Part shown: positions 24,623-36,840 of the stretch, piece after piece
Layout of the letters: the number at the start of each line of letters is the position of its first letter
Position numbering within the stretch: the stretch's first letter is position 1
Made by a program: the position numbers and the translations under genes
Origin: Phoronis australis
Lineage: Eukaryota; Animalia; Phoronida
Assembly (NCBI GenBank): GCA_002633005.1
Contig: NMRA01001067.1
Span: 10,177 to 60,661, forward strand
Length of the DNA stretch: 50,485 nt
Direction of reading: 5' to 3'
The notes under the pieces: generated by a model
The model's input: the letters and a program-made list of their open reading frames with translations, nothing else
Database searches by the model: none
What the model was told of the DNA's origin: nothing

Positions 24623-25004
24623 TCAAGAATTCACAGCAAAACGAAATGCAACATCGGCTGTTGACACAGAGAACGATTCTTTCAAATGTCAGTGCTTTAT
24701 TCGCGACATGACACAAACCTTCAACTGCTTTTTCAGAAACAGGAACACGCATTTCTTCGTATTTGTATTCTCGTGGGAACGACACGGCTTCTGCTGCTGC
24801 AGAAGGTATTCCAGCTGAATGAGTATGCCTGTATGTCCGATTCAAGAATTCACAGCAAAACGAAATGCAACATCGGCTGTTGACACAGAGAACGATTCTT
24901 TCAAATGTCAGTGCTTTATTCGCGACATGACACAAACCGTCAACTGCTTTTTCAGAAACAGGAACACGCATTTCTTCGTATTTGTATTCTCGTGGGAACG
25001 ACAC
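24623..25004. repeat. 219-bp tandem duplication running into an assembly gap
   Basis: Near-identical units start at 24623 and 24842; gap spans 25005-25509. Confidence 0.75.
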
Positions 25005-25509
25005 NNNNNNNNNNNNNNNNNNNNNNNNNNNNNNNNNNNNNNNNNNNNNNNNNNNNNNNNNNNNNNNNNNNNNNNNNNNNNNNNNNNNNNNNNNNNNNNN
25101 NNNNNNNNNNNNNNNNNNNNNNNNNNNNNNNNNNNNNNNNNNNNNNNNNNNNNNNNNNNNNNNNNNNNNNNNNNNNNNNNNNNNNNNNNNNNNNNNNNNN
25201 NNNNNNNNNNNNNNNNNNNNNNNNNNNNNNNNNNNNNNNNNNNNNNNNNNNNNNNNNNNNNNNNNNNNNNNNNNNNNNNNNNNNNNNNNNNNNNNNNNNN
25301 NNNNNNNNNNNNNNNNNNNNNNNNNNNNNNNNNNNNNNNNNNNNNNNNNNNNNNNNNNNNNNNNNNNNNNNNNNNNNNNNNNNNNNNNNNNNNNNNNNNN
25401 NNNNNNNNNNNNNNNNNNNNNNNNNNNNNNNNNNNNNNNNNNNNNNNNNNNNNNNNNNNNNNNNNNNNNNNNNNNNNNNNNNNNNNNNNNNNNNNNNNNN
25501 NNNNNNNNN

Positions 25510-26344
25510 CAAAAAATAAAATAGCAAGAGCGTAGGGAAATGTTGAGTTTATTAATTAACCCCAGTAATTAAAATTATACGGATGAAAAAAGATTTGAAT
25601 GCGTGCAGTTTTAGTGTTGGGGGAGGGGGCTCAAATCCAATTTCAAGTGTCAAATTCGGAACACGTCCCATTCGTAACGGAACTATGGCTAAGTATAGGC
25701 TCTCCCGCGATATCCCAGGCGACCGGCAGTGGCGCTGCGCACTACGATTCCGTTTCCGTCGTCTGCTCCACTGTGCAATGAAGAACATTTACTTCAAGAA
25801 AATGGAACCTGAGTGACGATGAAAAAACAAAAGCTGATGGTAAGATGTGAATTTTAATCGAAGTCTTAGTGAATCACTCAGAAACTCTCTATGCTCTCTT
25901 TGTCAAACCTTATCTTAAGACGATTTCCAAAGCAATCCCGTCATTATTGCCAACAAGAAAAACGGATTTGGTGTTTTGGGCATTTGAAGACTATTTTAAA
26001 TACGACAAATTTGTTAAGAATCGATGGCACAAAACGTGTAATAAGCATTACAAAAAGAAGTAGGTTTCGCGCGCAAACGCTGTGGACCATAAACAAGTAG
26101 GTCTTTTTGTATGCGGGTTGTAGGTAAGTCGTGATGGTGTAGTGGTAACGCACGTCTGCGTTATGCCTCAGGTCGTGAGTTCGAGTCTTTTAGACGAGGT
26201 TTCCGTTTTTTTGCCTTTTTTTCTTGGATAATACTTCAGGAATAAAGGAAAATGCTTGATTTGTAGAGGTAAAAACAGAAGCATTTCCTGGGCGGGAGGG
26301 GGGCTTGTTGGGCCCCCCCTTGTGATATCCTAGATCCGCCACTG
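25510..26344 (+). mobile_element. hAT5-like non-autonomous element, long form
   Basis: Matches 1-582 and the reverse complement of 29430-29998. Ends CCTAGATCCGCCACTG; the left end is lost in the gap. Confidence 0.7.
26128..26197 (+). other. tRNA-derived (SINE-head-like) segment inside the element; not a functional tRNA
   Basis: A-box TGGTGTAGTGG (26135-26145) and B-box GTTCGAGTC (26179-26187). Reverse copy at about 29640-29710. Stems pair poorly. Confidence 0.55.
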
Positions 26345-26601
26345 TGATAACATTTTGGTTATGAAATTTTGACCTGTCTCTATCGAGTGAAGCGAAGAAA
26401 ATTTGGTTCATATATTTTCGAGGCATTTATTTGTACAGGGTGATTCAAATACATACTTCCTATATCATCGATAATACTTCTACCAACGGACATAGGTCAG
26501 TCAAGCTATCAATTTCCGCCAATCAGAGCACGAGAAATTTAAAGACTGCGATCGCCCTACATCTTGACCCTCAAATATTTGTTCCAAACGAAAGCAGATA
26601 C

Positions 26602-27758
26602 ATGGGTTGTTATTGTCCAGTTGGCTGTTTGGTGTACCCACTTGGTACTTGTTATTGAATTTGCCGTTTTGCTCGACCCAGTTGGTAGGTATTCGGCCAA
26701 TACCCATTTCGTATTATGTACCCATTTGGTACTATGCTAACCTGTTCCACTTAGTATCCGATACTCAATTACATGTGTGTGTTATCTCTTGTAATTAAGG
26801 AACCCATCTGGTTCCTTTTGTGAAATATTTATTTGTAGAGCTGTGACCCTGAAATTTCAAATACAATTTATATTATTCTTGTGGTTTTATTTGTCCCCAA
26901 TAATGAAATTTATGGCACTCTGACATAAATCCTATGATTTGAGCAAATACCATTACACAGCCCTTCCTACTTTATATCCAACCCTTAGTTATTTCTTACC
27001 AAGTCCGATGGTAGCGCTGTTTGTTCTTTCTCTCCAGCTTCCTGTTGGCCCATCCTCAAGCAACAGCACATTCACTTGTAAGTTTTCCCAATTATACCAT
27101 TCATACCTCTCCCACCCTCTTAACCAGTGTTCCACAAAATCTCAATTCAACAGATTTACACATTTCCCACCCTCTCTACCTTTTGTCGAACAAAATCTGC
27201 TGTTAGTTATTGTTGTTATTGCAGCCACTGCTGGTACCTCCTTCAAGCCCGGAGCGTGTTACCGTCAAGCAAGAAAAGACGTCTTTGGCTGGCGACCAGA
27301 CCTGTAGTCGAGCTTCCATCACTGCAGCTTGCCTCTCTCTACCCCGGTCGCAGCTCTCAGTACATACTGAGCCACAACACCACCGTGTTCCTTACAATTT
27401 TTTATCACTCCGGCTGGTCTGCTCACTCAGCTAGTCCGGAACCTGCTTTGTGGGTTGTTATAGCCCAGTTGGCTGTTTGGTGTACCCACTTGGTACTTTA
27501 TATGATATTTGCCCATTTGACAGTTTGTACCCACTTGGTACTTGTTATTGAATTTGCCGTTTTGCTCGACCCAGTTGGTAGGCAAACTTCCAATACCTAT
27601 TTGGTATTAAGTACCCATTTGGTACTATGCTAACCTGTGCCACTTAGTATCCGATACTCAATTACATTTTGGGTATCGGAAATGTGTGTGTTATCTCTTG
27701 TCATTAAGGAACCCATCTGGTTCCTTCTGTGAAATATTTATTTGTAGAGCTGTGACCC
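26602..27758. repeat. Direct repeat pair (26602-26849 and 27451-27758), period about 850 bp, LTR-like
   Basis: Both start TGGGTTGTTAT and share CCAGTTGGCTGTTTGGTGTACCCACTTGGTACTT...GAAATATTTATTTGTAGAGCTGTGACCC, with an internal TACCCA(C/T)TTGGTA motif repeated. Confidence 0.7.
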
Positions 27759-27834
27759 AGGGGTGAACTTCCCAACTTGTTGTTGGGCTAAAGAATCGAA
27801 CAAGTTGAGATCAACGGGAAAACGCCGTAACGAG

Positions 27835-30640
27835 CACAACGTTTGTAACTCTTCATTCGATTTACGGCAACTGCGTTTGTTGAATAATTATTTGCATTGG
27901 TCTGAAAGAAGGCGAAAGGTGTAAATTGAAATTTCAAAACAACAAATTGCCCCTTGGTATTTGTGTAAAAAGTTATACTTTTGAAAAATCTTTAAAAGTA
28001 GACTTTTACAACAACACTGAGCAGTTACACGTAGGCTACTTAGATTTAAAATGTAATACACTTGCGATATTTTAGAACACAATATAAATTTCACCGTACC
28101 TATCAAGACGCGAACTTACCAGTCACCGTCAATATACGTACTGATCGATTGGAAAGTGATAAAGACAATTTATAACAGTGTTTTGACAGGTAGCCTTCGT
28201 ACAAAGTGGCTATAAACCGCTTGAAATAAAGTGTTACGACAAACATGACTCAATGTCAATGTATTCTAATTTGATAATAAATACAAGCCTTTAGTTGTTT
28301 TACGCAGAATAAGTCGTTAATTTTATTATTATGGGATGGGTCATCAGTCAATAAATCAAATCGATAAAACTCGTATTTCTGGTTGACCGCTTTTATACCT
28401 ATTAAGTCAGTGGTGCTTGGCACTGAAGCTCCAACGTTTAAAATATCATTTTGTACCGAATTGAGTAGCTTTTGGTCAAAGGTTCATATATAGTGAATAT
28501 GCATATGAAGAACTAGTTTACCGAGTCCTCCAGTGTGCCAAAAACTATCTGAGAACCACTTGCCATTACAATCTCGCGAAAGTTCGCTTTGTGAGAGTAT
28601 TTTTATATAAATAAGTGTGGTAACATTTCAACATGGTGGACGGAGACCCGGGTGCGGGCCAAGAGAACAAAGAAGGCATATAACTTAGTTTATTAGGAAC
28701 CTCACGTCCATCGTGCATGGAGGCAACTCAAATTCCGACTGCATCTGCAAACAGACAGTGAACTGGAAGTATATTTGCACACACTTCTTGTCCACATTTC
28801 TGATGACGACACGGAACATCTAGGTCATACGTAACCAGACCATACATCTGGCCACATTCCTCTACACACTTCATATCTGTGCACATGGTGTCTACAACAA
28901 CGTCATTTTTGTGATGGGTTGGTTCATTCTCTGCATATAATGGACAACCTGCTTCGGCAAGTTATCTTGGTGAAGACGTGCGTTAAATCCAACCCACACT
29001 GGCGTATTTTCTGAATTGAGGTAGTGGCCGGTACGAGGAACAGTTTTTCCAACTTCGTAAGCGACCAGAAATTTCAGGGAGCTTGACAAAGTGGGTATCA
29101 TAGTATTGAAACTGGTTCATCCGTGGCTTCTTGCGATACGGCACGATTTCTGCTGGCAATTTGACAATTTGCCTTTCTCGGAGTTGGTATTCTAGTTTCG
29201 GTCTGACAAGGCACTGGCGGCTGTTCAGCATCAGCTTCACTGCGTGGCAAGTGGGTCAATGCTATCGTGGAATATACCCATGGTATCAGGCAGGCTCTCA
29301 AAGCCTGATGATATATTCAAAAACTCACCATAGTTATCAAATGCAGTGTCCATAACGGGACCACGCTTCGCCCCCTTTGGTGCCAGAAGACAGTAGTTGC
29401 GAGTTCAGTGTCTAGTTCCTCGTACTTTGAATCTAATATATCACAAGGGGGGGGCAACATTTTGTCCGGCTGTAAGCATTTGCGCAAACTGAACCACGAT
29501 TGTAAATGCGCATAGCACCAAATGGGGGGAGGTCGGGAGGGGNGCCCAGGAAATGTTTCTGTTTTTACCTCTAAAAATCAAGCATTTTCCTTTATTTCTG
29601 AAGTATTATCCAGGAAAAAAGGCAAAAAACCGGAAACCTCGGCTAACAGACTCGAAATCACGACCTGAGGCATAACGCAGACGTGCGTTACCAGTACACC
29701 ATCACGACTTACCTACAACCCGCATACAAAAAGACCTACTTGTTTATGGTCCACAGCGTTTGCGCGCGAAACCTACTTCTTTTTGTAATGCTTATTACAC
29801 GTTTTGTGCCATCGATTCTTAACAAATTTGTCGTATTTAAAATAGTCTTCAAATGCCCAAAACACCAAATCCGTTTTTCTTGTTGGCAATAATGACGGGA
29901 TTGCTTTGGAAATCGTCTTAAGATAAGGTTTGACAAAGAGAGTATTGCGAGTTTCTGAGTGATTCACTAAGACTTCGATTAAAATTCACATCTTACCANN
30001 NNNNNNNNNNNNNNNNNNNNNNNNNNNNNNNNNNNNNNNNNNNNNNNNNNNNNNNNNNNNNNNNNNNNNNNNNNNNNNNNNNNNNNNNNNNNNNNNNNNN
30101 NNNNNNNNNNNNNNNNNNNNNNNNNNNNNNNNNNNNNNNNNNNNNNNNNNNNNNNNNNNNNNNNNNNNNNNNNNNNNNNNNNNNNNNNNNNNNNNNNNNN
30201 NNNNNNNNNNNNNNNNNNNNNNNNNNNNNCTGCCCCCCCTAAATCCGCCTATGGACTAATGCAGTGACAAAGACGATTCATAACTGTCATCAACTTACTA
30301 CTTCCTGTATATTGAGTGCACTAGACCATCGAGCATGCTGTATCCGGAAATTGCACACCGTTTTACGGATTCAGAGTCTCGATTTCCACCACCGCCGGTA
30401 TTTCCACAAAAAGAGTTCTGAAGAAGATGTGTACCAACTCCAGCGCTTCGTCATCACCCCGCAAGAGAGACCTTGGGTCCGTTCAATGGGGTCTGTTTTG
30501 ACATTCATCAGATGTAGAAATTGTCAGCTCATTTGTAAATTGTTTTTCAGCATTTGCCCCAAGATATTGACAACTACTGAGTGTGGGTTCTTCTTCTGCT
30601 GCCTCACGTGCAATATAGTAGCATTCATAATCTGATTTCA
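27835..30640 (-). mobile_element. Academ-like DNA transposon remnant, internally deleted and interrupted
   Basis: Degenerate transposase motifs NRLCHCIS | YEELDTELA, FDNY..LPDTMGI, PVWVGFNARL..PKQVVHYM..NQPIT, ECGQMYGLVTYDL, and a Cys-rich C-terminus near 28730-28810. The terminal 1 kb recurs at 42202-43194. Superfamily assignment is from recall and is uncertain. Confidence 0.55.
29430..30253 (-). mobile_element. hAT5-like element, long form, inverted; inserted in the Academ-like transposase (contains gap 29999-30229)
   Basis: Reverse complement of 25830-26340. Ends CCTAAATCCGCCTATG at 30253; the other terminus is eroded. Confidence 0.7.
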
Positions 30641-30649
30641 GTCGCTCTG

Positions 30650-33600
30650 GCCGTGAGTCAAGGATAACATGCGACTTGATGATTAACCTAGTGGAACAGG
30701 CCAGGGGTGCTAGATAGGTTTGATAGGCTTGGGAATGTGTTATCAGGAAATAACTTGTTGGAGAAGTTTTATGCCGCTGCGCATGGTAGTGATGAGAGTT
30801 GAAGTGATTGGACAGGTCGTCTAGAGAGTATTTTACCAAACTTGACCACCGTTGATGCCTCGTTTAGTCAGAAGCAACGGGGAGAAGCTTAGGGCGAAGT
30901 CTTTCAATGGTTTGTCGTCAAAGGTTGTAAAGGGGGCAATTGCATACACGTATGATAGGGGAGCCAATTTTGGTGAGTTGTTGGTCGTTGCTCGTGTCGT
31001 AGATTCTGAGCAAGGTACCCCCGTTGTAGTTAAATCGTCTACTGCGCAAGATCAAACCATTCGTTTGAACTGAGAAATGAAATTAAGCGCCTACGTCAGC
31101 GTGTCAGTGAGCTGAGTATCCCTCATAGAAGGTTCATGGTAAAAATGCGGGCAAACTGGCCACAAGCAGGATCAGTGTAGGAATAACACAAATGTGAATG
31201 CGTCGGGGGAAAACAAGAGGCTCATTCATATGTGGAGCAATTTATTGGACCCTGTCTAGAACTACTTGTTAAGATTGATGGGATATCATGCCAGGCTTTG
31301 ATTGATATTGGTTTGCAGATATCCCCTGTGTCCAAGAGTTTTGCAGACAATGTATTGTCACGAACGGTAAGGGAGTTGAAACTTCTATTGAGAATAGAGG
31401 GTGCGTATGGTTCGATATTGCCATAGTTCGGTTTTATAGAATGTGATCTCGAGATGTTGTCCAGTGATGGTAAATTTAGGCACAAGTCTGCAGTTTTGTT
31501 AGTTGTGAATGATACTCCATACAATCAACAAGTCTCTTGCATTATTGGCACTAATGTCTTGAGAGTGTTTACTGGTGCTGCTACGTTAGTTAGGAAACTG
31601 CCTGTTCCTTTTAAGACAGCATATGCAGTAGTAAAACATCACTGTGAAGTTACTCAGAGCTCACCATGAGTATTCACTGAGGGTGTTAAGGTGACACCAG
31701 GGGAGAGCAAAATTATTGATGGCGTTTGTATGAGCCCTATTGAGTCTGGGGTAGTTTTGTTGGTGTCTGGTGATGGATAACCTGGACGGTTAGTTGTTCA
31801 CTCGCAAGTTTGCGGGGTCGAAAGTTCTTTTGGTATTTGCAGTGTTAACTTCATTGCGAGTAATACCAGTCAGAAGTGTGTGACTATTCCTTGTCGTGCT
31901 GTAGTCTGTAGAGCACAGTCTGTTGAAATTGTAGGGACAGTTGAGGGATTACAGTAGGCGTAGTGGAGTAGAGGCCTCTGCAGAAATATTATGTGGCCAC
32001 CAACTTGGCAGTGGAGAAAAAGTAAATTGATGGCTGTGATAAGTGAATACGGTCACTTGTTCTCTCGATCCGATACTGATTTGGGGTCCACATATTTGGT
32101 GGAGCATGAAATTACCGGTTTATACCTGGAACTCGGAAGTTATCTGGGGAATATGGTCCGTATTGGGGTTATTTCCGAGTCCGACTCGCCATTTAGCTGT
32201 AATGTGATCTGTTGTAGAAAACCTGATTGTAGTGTTAAAGTGTGCGTGGACTATCGCAAGTTAAATTCGCGTACTTTAAAAGATGCGTTACCCATACCTA
32301 GAATTGAGGAGACTGTTGACAACATGTCTGGAGCTAAGTTGTTCACATCTTTAGACTTGAAGTCTGGGTATTGGCAGTGTTCTCTAGCTGATTCGGCTCG
32401 TCCTAAAACTACTTTCAAAGTAGGGAATACAGGTCATTTTGAGTATAACCTTCTTCTTATGGGTCTCTCCAATTCCTCTGCGACATTCCATCGGCTAATG
32501 GAAAAGTTTTTTAAGGGTATGTTATTGGAGGATTGCTGAATATATTCATACGACATTGTTGTTTTCGAAAACATTTAATGAGCACCTTGATTGTCTCCGG
32601 CGGGTGTTTCAACGACTGCAAAGTTGTGGGTTGAAGCTCAAGCTGTCAAAATGTAAATTCCTGCAAATGAACATTAAACTTAGGTCCACTAATTCATGTG
32701 ACGACGTCACGCATTATGTTCAGGATATGAACAAGTATTTGCAATAATGTTTTGGCCAAGTGAATTTACGTACGAAGGGCTGCCATAAGAAACAATAAAA
32801 CAGTGTAATCCTTCGGTGGTCACTGATGTGTTGCATGCTGGAGATATTGTTATGGTTAAGAGAGTTGTTCGTACTATCTTGACGACCTCTGGAAATCTGA
32901 ACTGTATGAGGTAGTTAGTCAACCCGACGTGAACATACCTGTATACATTGGGAAACCGCTAAATGGTGTTTCGCGTAAAACGCGGATTTTTCATGGGAAC
33001 TTACTCAAGCCCATTGTATTTAGTGTAAACGCTGTGATGAGTGAGGTGTTCGTGAAGTATTGTGGTTACATGATATACATTGTGGCAACACTCATAGTCA
33101 CCGTCTGTAGTGAAGGTTACATTTACTTTAACCTAGAACTCTAACACATATTAAGTATGCATGTTGCGGTAGAAGTATGCCCACAAATTATATTTTTGAA
33201 GTGTTGTAACATAATTTTGGTACCAGTTAATTGCCTACGTTGTTTGACTGTTTCTATCTGACCATGGTAATGTCATTATTTTCACTTTTAGTTATCTGTT
33301 GTTATCAGGTATGTTGTGTTCCGTCTAAACTTAATACAGTTTACTTTGTTATGTCGGGACGCTATTTTTCTGTAGGGGAAGTGTGTGGCGGAACGGGCTC
33401 CTGCCCATTAGCGCGAGTCGCTATTTTAATATAAATATTCTGATGTCTATTGTGACGACTACTTGAAGCTATTTGTTGGCTATTCATTGATAGGCAAATT
33501 TCCATGCGCGCTGTCTGGAGACCTCGTGGTTTGAAGGAATCTTTGATCGGAGTTTTTGAAGTGTAGCTTTATCATTGTATTATGCACAATATATTATTGA

Positions 33601-33650
33601 ACTGCGGTCCCTGGTCTTATTATTTATTTGTGTAATACATACCCGTGACA
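30650..33650 (+). mobile_element. Degenerate Gypsy LTR retrotransposon (gag-pro-RT remnant, PPT, 3' LTR 33384-33650)
   Basis: Zn-knuckle CGQTGHKQDQC. Protease VKIDGISCQALIDIGLQIS. RT KPDCSVKVCVDYRKLN..DALPIPRIEE..FTSLDLKSGYWQ..MGLSNSSATF. PPT GTAGGGGAAG. LTR TGTGGCGG...CCGTGACA. Confidence 0.88.
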
Positions 33651-33831
33651 CAACCGTCCCAAAAAGTAACCAACTGAAAGAGGAGCTCAGATGAATTCTT
33701 GCAGTTGATGCTACGGTACTAATCAGTCAGCTTATTGGTTACACTTGGTGTTACCAGGGCGATCACAAACACAGAGATTCAAGTTGAAGCGTGTTCCTGG
33801 CCCACACCTGTGAAGGATGGTTGAGCCGCCA
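33651..33831 (-). pseudogene. Copy D: truncated CBM14 terminal exon plus 3' UTR
   Basis: GGSTILHRCGPGTRFNLNLCVCDRPGNTKCNQ* (stop 33732-33734) and its UTR align with 46686-46862. No acceptor or upstream exons found. Confidence 0.8.
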
Positions 33832-34350
33832 CGTTTGAAAACACGTTAAAATGCGCTAAAACAGTTGTCCCTTTCTGGTTATCTCTTCCTGCTGTCAGCT
33901 AATTCTTAATCCAGAAATCGCCTATTTTGAATAAGGGACAAAGCATTTTCATAAGAGTAGATGGACTAAAGCAACAGCTGAGTTCCTAAGCTGTTTACGC
34001 TTCACTTGCGGCAAGAAATCGTTGCGTGCATATCGAGCTCGCCTACCAATTACTTCGATTACTTCCATTACTGCAAGTGAACGCTAATAAGCGCGAGAAG
34101 CATTCGCCATTCCCGCTGTATTGCGTGATTTTGAGTTTTCGTTAGCCGCTTGGTTCTACTGAACGCACCCCCACTTGAACAGGAAATACTAATCATTCTT
34201 ACTATTGCAATAAGAAATATAATCTAATTTCATCCATGGCAATCCCGGAATTATAAAATTTTAAGAATCCTCATGTGATTCTTATTCTACGCCTCGTGAA
34301 CCACCCTCCGACGGTCCGGTTTACATGCCTGAGTTGATCAAGTGTTTTAT

Positions 34351-34521
34351 AGGTTAGTACAAGCTCTTCAGTGTACGGGTTCTACAGGTTAGTACAAGCT
34401 CTTCAGTGTACGGGTTCTACAGGTTAGTACAAGCTCTTCAGTGTACGGGTTCTACAGGTTAGTACAAGCTCTTCAGTGTACAGGTTCTATAGGTTAGTAC
34501 AAGCTCTTCAGTGTACTGGTT
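34351..34521. repeat. 35-bp minisatellite, about 5 copies
   Basis: Unit AGGTTAGTACAAGCTCTTCAGTGTACGGGTTCTAC at 34351, 34386, 34421, 34456 and 34491. Confidence 0.95.
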
Positions 34522-34724
34522 ACAATATTAATTTCCATCTAATTTATACTTGTTTCTTCTACTCGTTTTACTTGTTTGGTTGATTTGAATTAAAACTAGA
34601 CAAGATTTTTCGACTTATCATTTTTCTGTCACATTTTTCTGGGAATCATGTGGATTTTCAACGGTCATTGATAACCGAGAGAATGCAAGGACAAGCGGCG
34701 TTTGTTCTTAACAAAGCCGCTTAC

Positions 34725-36316
34725 CGAAAACCATTCTTTATTGTCGCATGTCCAAAATCATTCAATTTCACTTTGTTGGTTTGTCGTTCCACTTTTACAT
34801 TCTGGGTGAGGAAATCATTAAGCAATATATCTCTTCTGTAGGCACGATGAACTGCTTTAATTTGCGACTTTCAGCAATACCTTCACAATATCTGGAATAG
34901 GCAGCGATACCTCGCCCACATTTTCAAGATGATGGTCTATGTAATCTGCAAGTGTAAAACCGCCCATTAGTTCCATGACAAGACCAACTATCGGTGGGGC
35001 TTCGTCGTCAACCGTTGGTGTCAGATACAAGCCGAACGGTTTAGGGGCGCATCTGTAGCGAGCAAGAGCCCGTAGACATCGGTATTCTGGAATGTGTTTT
35101 TAGGGACTTCTTTTATGATTCCTCGTACCACCTGTTCATCCTAGAGCCGGGCTGTTTACGTGTTGTGCGAGGAGTTTGATATCCATTAGAATATTGCAAT
35201 TATCTAGAGAATCGTTTGTGTTGCTACTATTTTTATTTGCAGCTAATTATTGACTCAAATGTTGGGATTACTCAGAATTCTGAAACCCGTAAATTAACAA
35301 AACACATGCAACGAAAGTTTAATTTACTTCAAATTAGTGAGCAATGAAAATTAAAAAGTTACCTGAATCCTCTCTTTGGCAAATAAGTCGTTTTTGGCTC
35401 CCGTTTTCTGAACATTTTTCTGATCCAATTTTCGTTCACGTCAGCAAGAATAGACTGCGGCATGTTTGCATCAGATTTTACAGCTATGCGTGACCTTGCG
35501 TAATAAGAGGCCCACTTTCCAACAGAAGGTTGTCTGTGGGACTGCAAATGACGAAAGCTCTCTTGAGCAGTCACTATCGGATTATGCCGGGTTGGCATGC
35601 TGAAACAACAGATTCGCCTGCGTTGTTGTTTTTGCGCCGGCGACATGCGACGTCTTCGAAGTTTGGATGTGCTAAACGTGCCGCGTCTATTCATGAATTC
35701 AAGAGGTCGACGGATTATCCTTGTGACGCACGATTTGGCTTGTCGAATATATTTAAACCCAAACGCTCTTCGCAATACATTTGGGTCGCACGACTTTACT
35801 TGCCGGAGCTTGGATGACATAAATGTCCTTGCTGAGTAAGTCTTAGCCCTGCCCACAACCATCCATTGCGCCTGCGTTATGAATTTTGGGACTATAGAGG
35901 TGATCTCTGTATTATGCCGTCCTTTACCGCCAATCACTGAATCCCTATCCTTGTTTTGGTAATGCACTTTAACACCGCGCACGTTGCAACAGAACTCGCC
36001 GTAGCATATCCCGACTTGACGACCAACTTGAACACTTAATTTCTGGAAAACGTACGGTGCAGAACGGAACAGACGATTGGGGCGATTTGCGTGTCTCATG
36101 TCTAAGGCATCGGTGACCATTTTCAAAAAACAGTATGAGAGAAACAGGCTTTAGCAGCTGCATGAAGTCGACTGACAGCTCTGGGGGTTTCACCAAGATA
36201 TTCGGCACTGTGAACAATGGCAGACTTGAACGTCTAACCCTGTACTTCTTTCTGTCTGTCATGTCGTCGAATGCGACATTTTTTGTAGATTTATTCGCAA
36301 CAGCTTCCGTGGACAA
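34725..36316 (-). pseudogene. Protein kinase pseudogene (long basic N-terminal exon plus kinase subdomains II-VII)
   Basis: 34725-35140 reads, across two frameshifts, VRGIIKE / EYRCLRAL..APKPFGLY..GLVMELMGGFTLADY..VKVLLKVA / AVHRAYRRDILLNDFLTQNVKVERQTNKVKLNDFGHA, then a GTAAGC donor. The upstream exon-like block 35363-36316 (CAG acceptor, GTAACT donor) has one frame break near 36125. Confidence 0.7.
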
Positions 36317-36704
36317 CTGGAATTGTTTGGAAAAGTGTAATGAATATTGTTTCCATTATTTTGCAGGTCAATGCACCTTATTCACGCAGTAGACATTTTA
36401 AAAGTGAGCCTATTTTTAGGTTTTAAAAACAATGCATTCCACGCTGAATCACAGTGCAAAGTGTGATTTTTTCGCGTGTCTCGTTGATATTTGTGTTTCA
36501 AATGCTATGTCCCACTTTTAAAATGGCGACTGGTTGAATAAGATCTATAGCCTCTCACTGTTTGAAAACGTCTTTAAAGAAACACATAGCAAGACATGTC
36601 AAGAAAAGTACATTAGATATGTTTTAGTTCTTGGGTTAACTTTAGAAATGTTGTTGTGTATTATGTAAAATTAGATCTTTTACATACTTTTCGCTTATCT
36701 GAAC

Positions 36705-36840
36705 CAGGGGCGGATTCAGGATTTTGAGTTAGGATTGTGCCAGTCAGACATTCGCACCCTTGAACTGCCAAATGGAACCTCAGTGAAATTTAGGAGGGCC
36801 ATGGTCGCCTTACACCCCCCCCAAAAAAAATCTGCCACTT
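36705..36840. mobile_element. Short hAT5-like MITE (second family)
   Basis: CAGGGGCGGATT...AATCTGCCACTT with perfect 5-bp TSD TGAAC (36700-36704, 36841-36845). Related copy at 40352-40502. Confidence 0.75.

Larger units (their letters stand above)
18260..24720. repeat. Segmental duplication, copy B (paralogous to about 1880-14100)
   Basis: Colinear with copy A once lineage-specific insertions are removed. Boundaries approximate. Confidence 0.9.

Noticed and set aside
24594-25535. Long ORFs and an apparent repeat protein
   Set aside because: They run through N gaps or the 219-bp duplication beside a gap, which may itself be an assembly overlap artefact.
26128-26197. Functional tRNA gene
   Set aside because: Only the A and B boxes are convincing. 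Acceptor and anticodon stems do not pair well, and it lies inside a repeated element.
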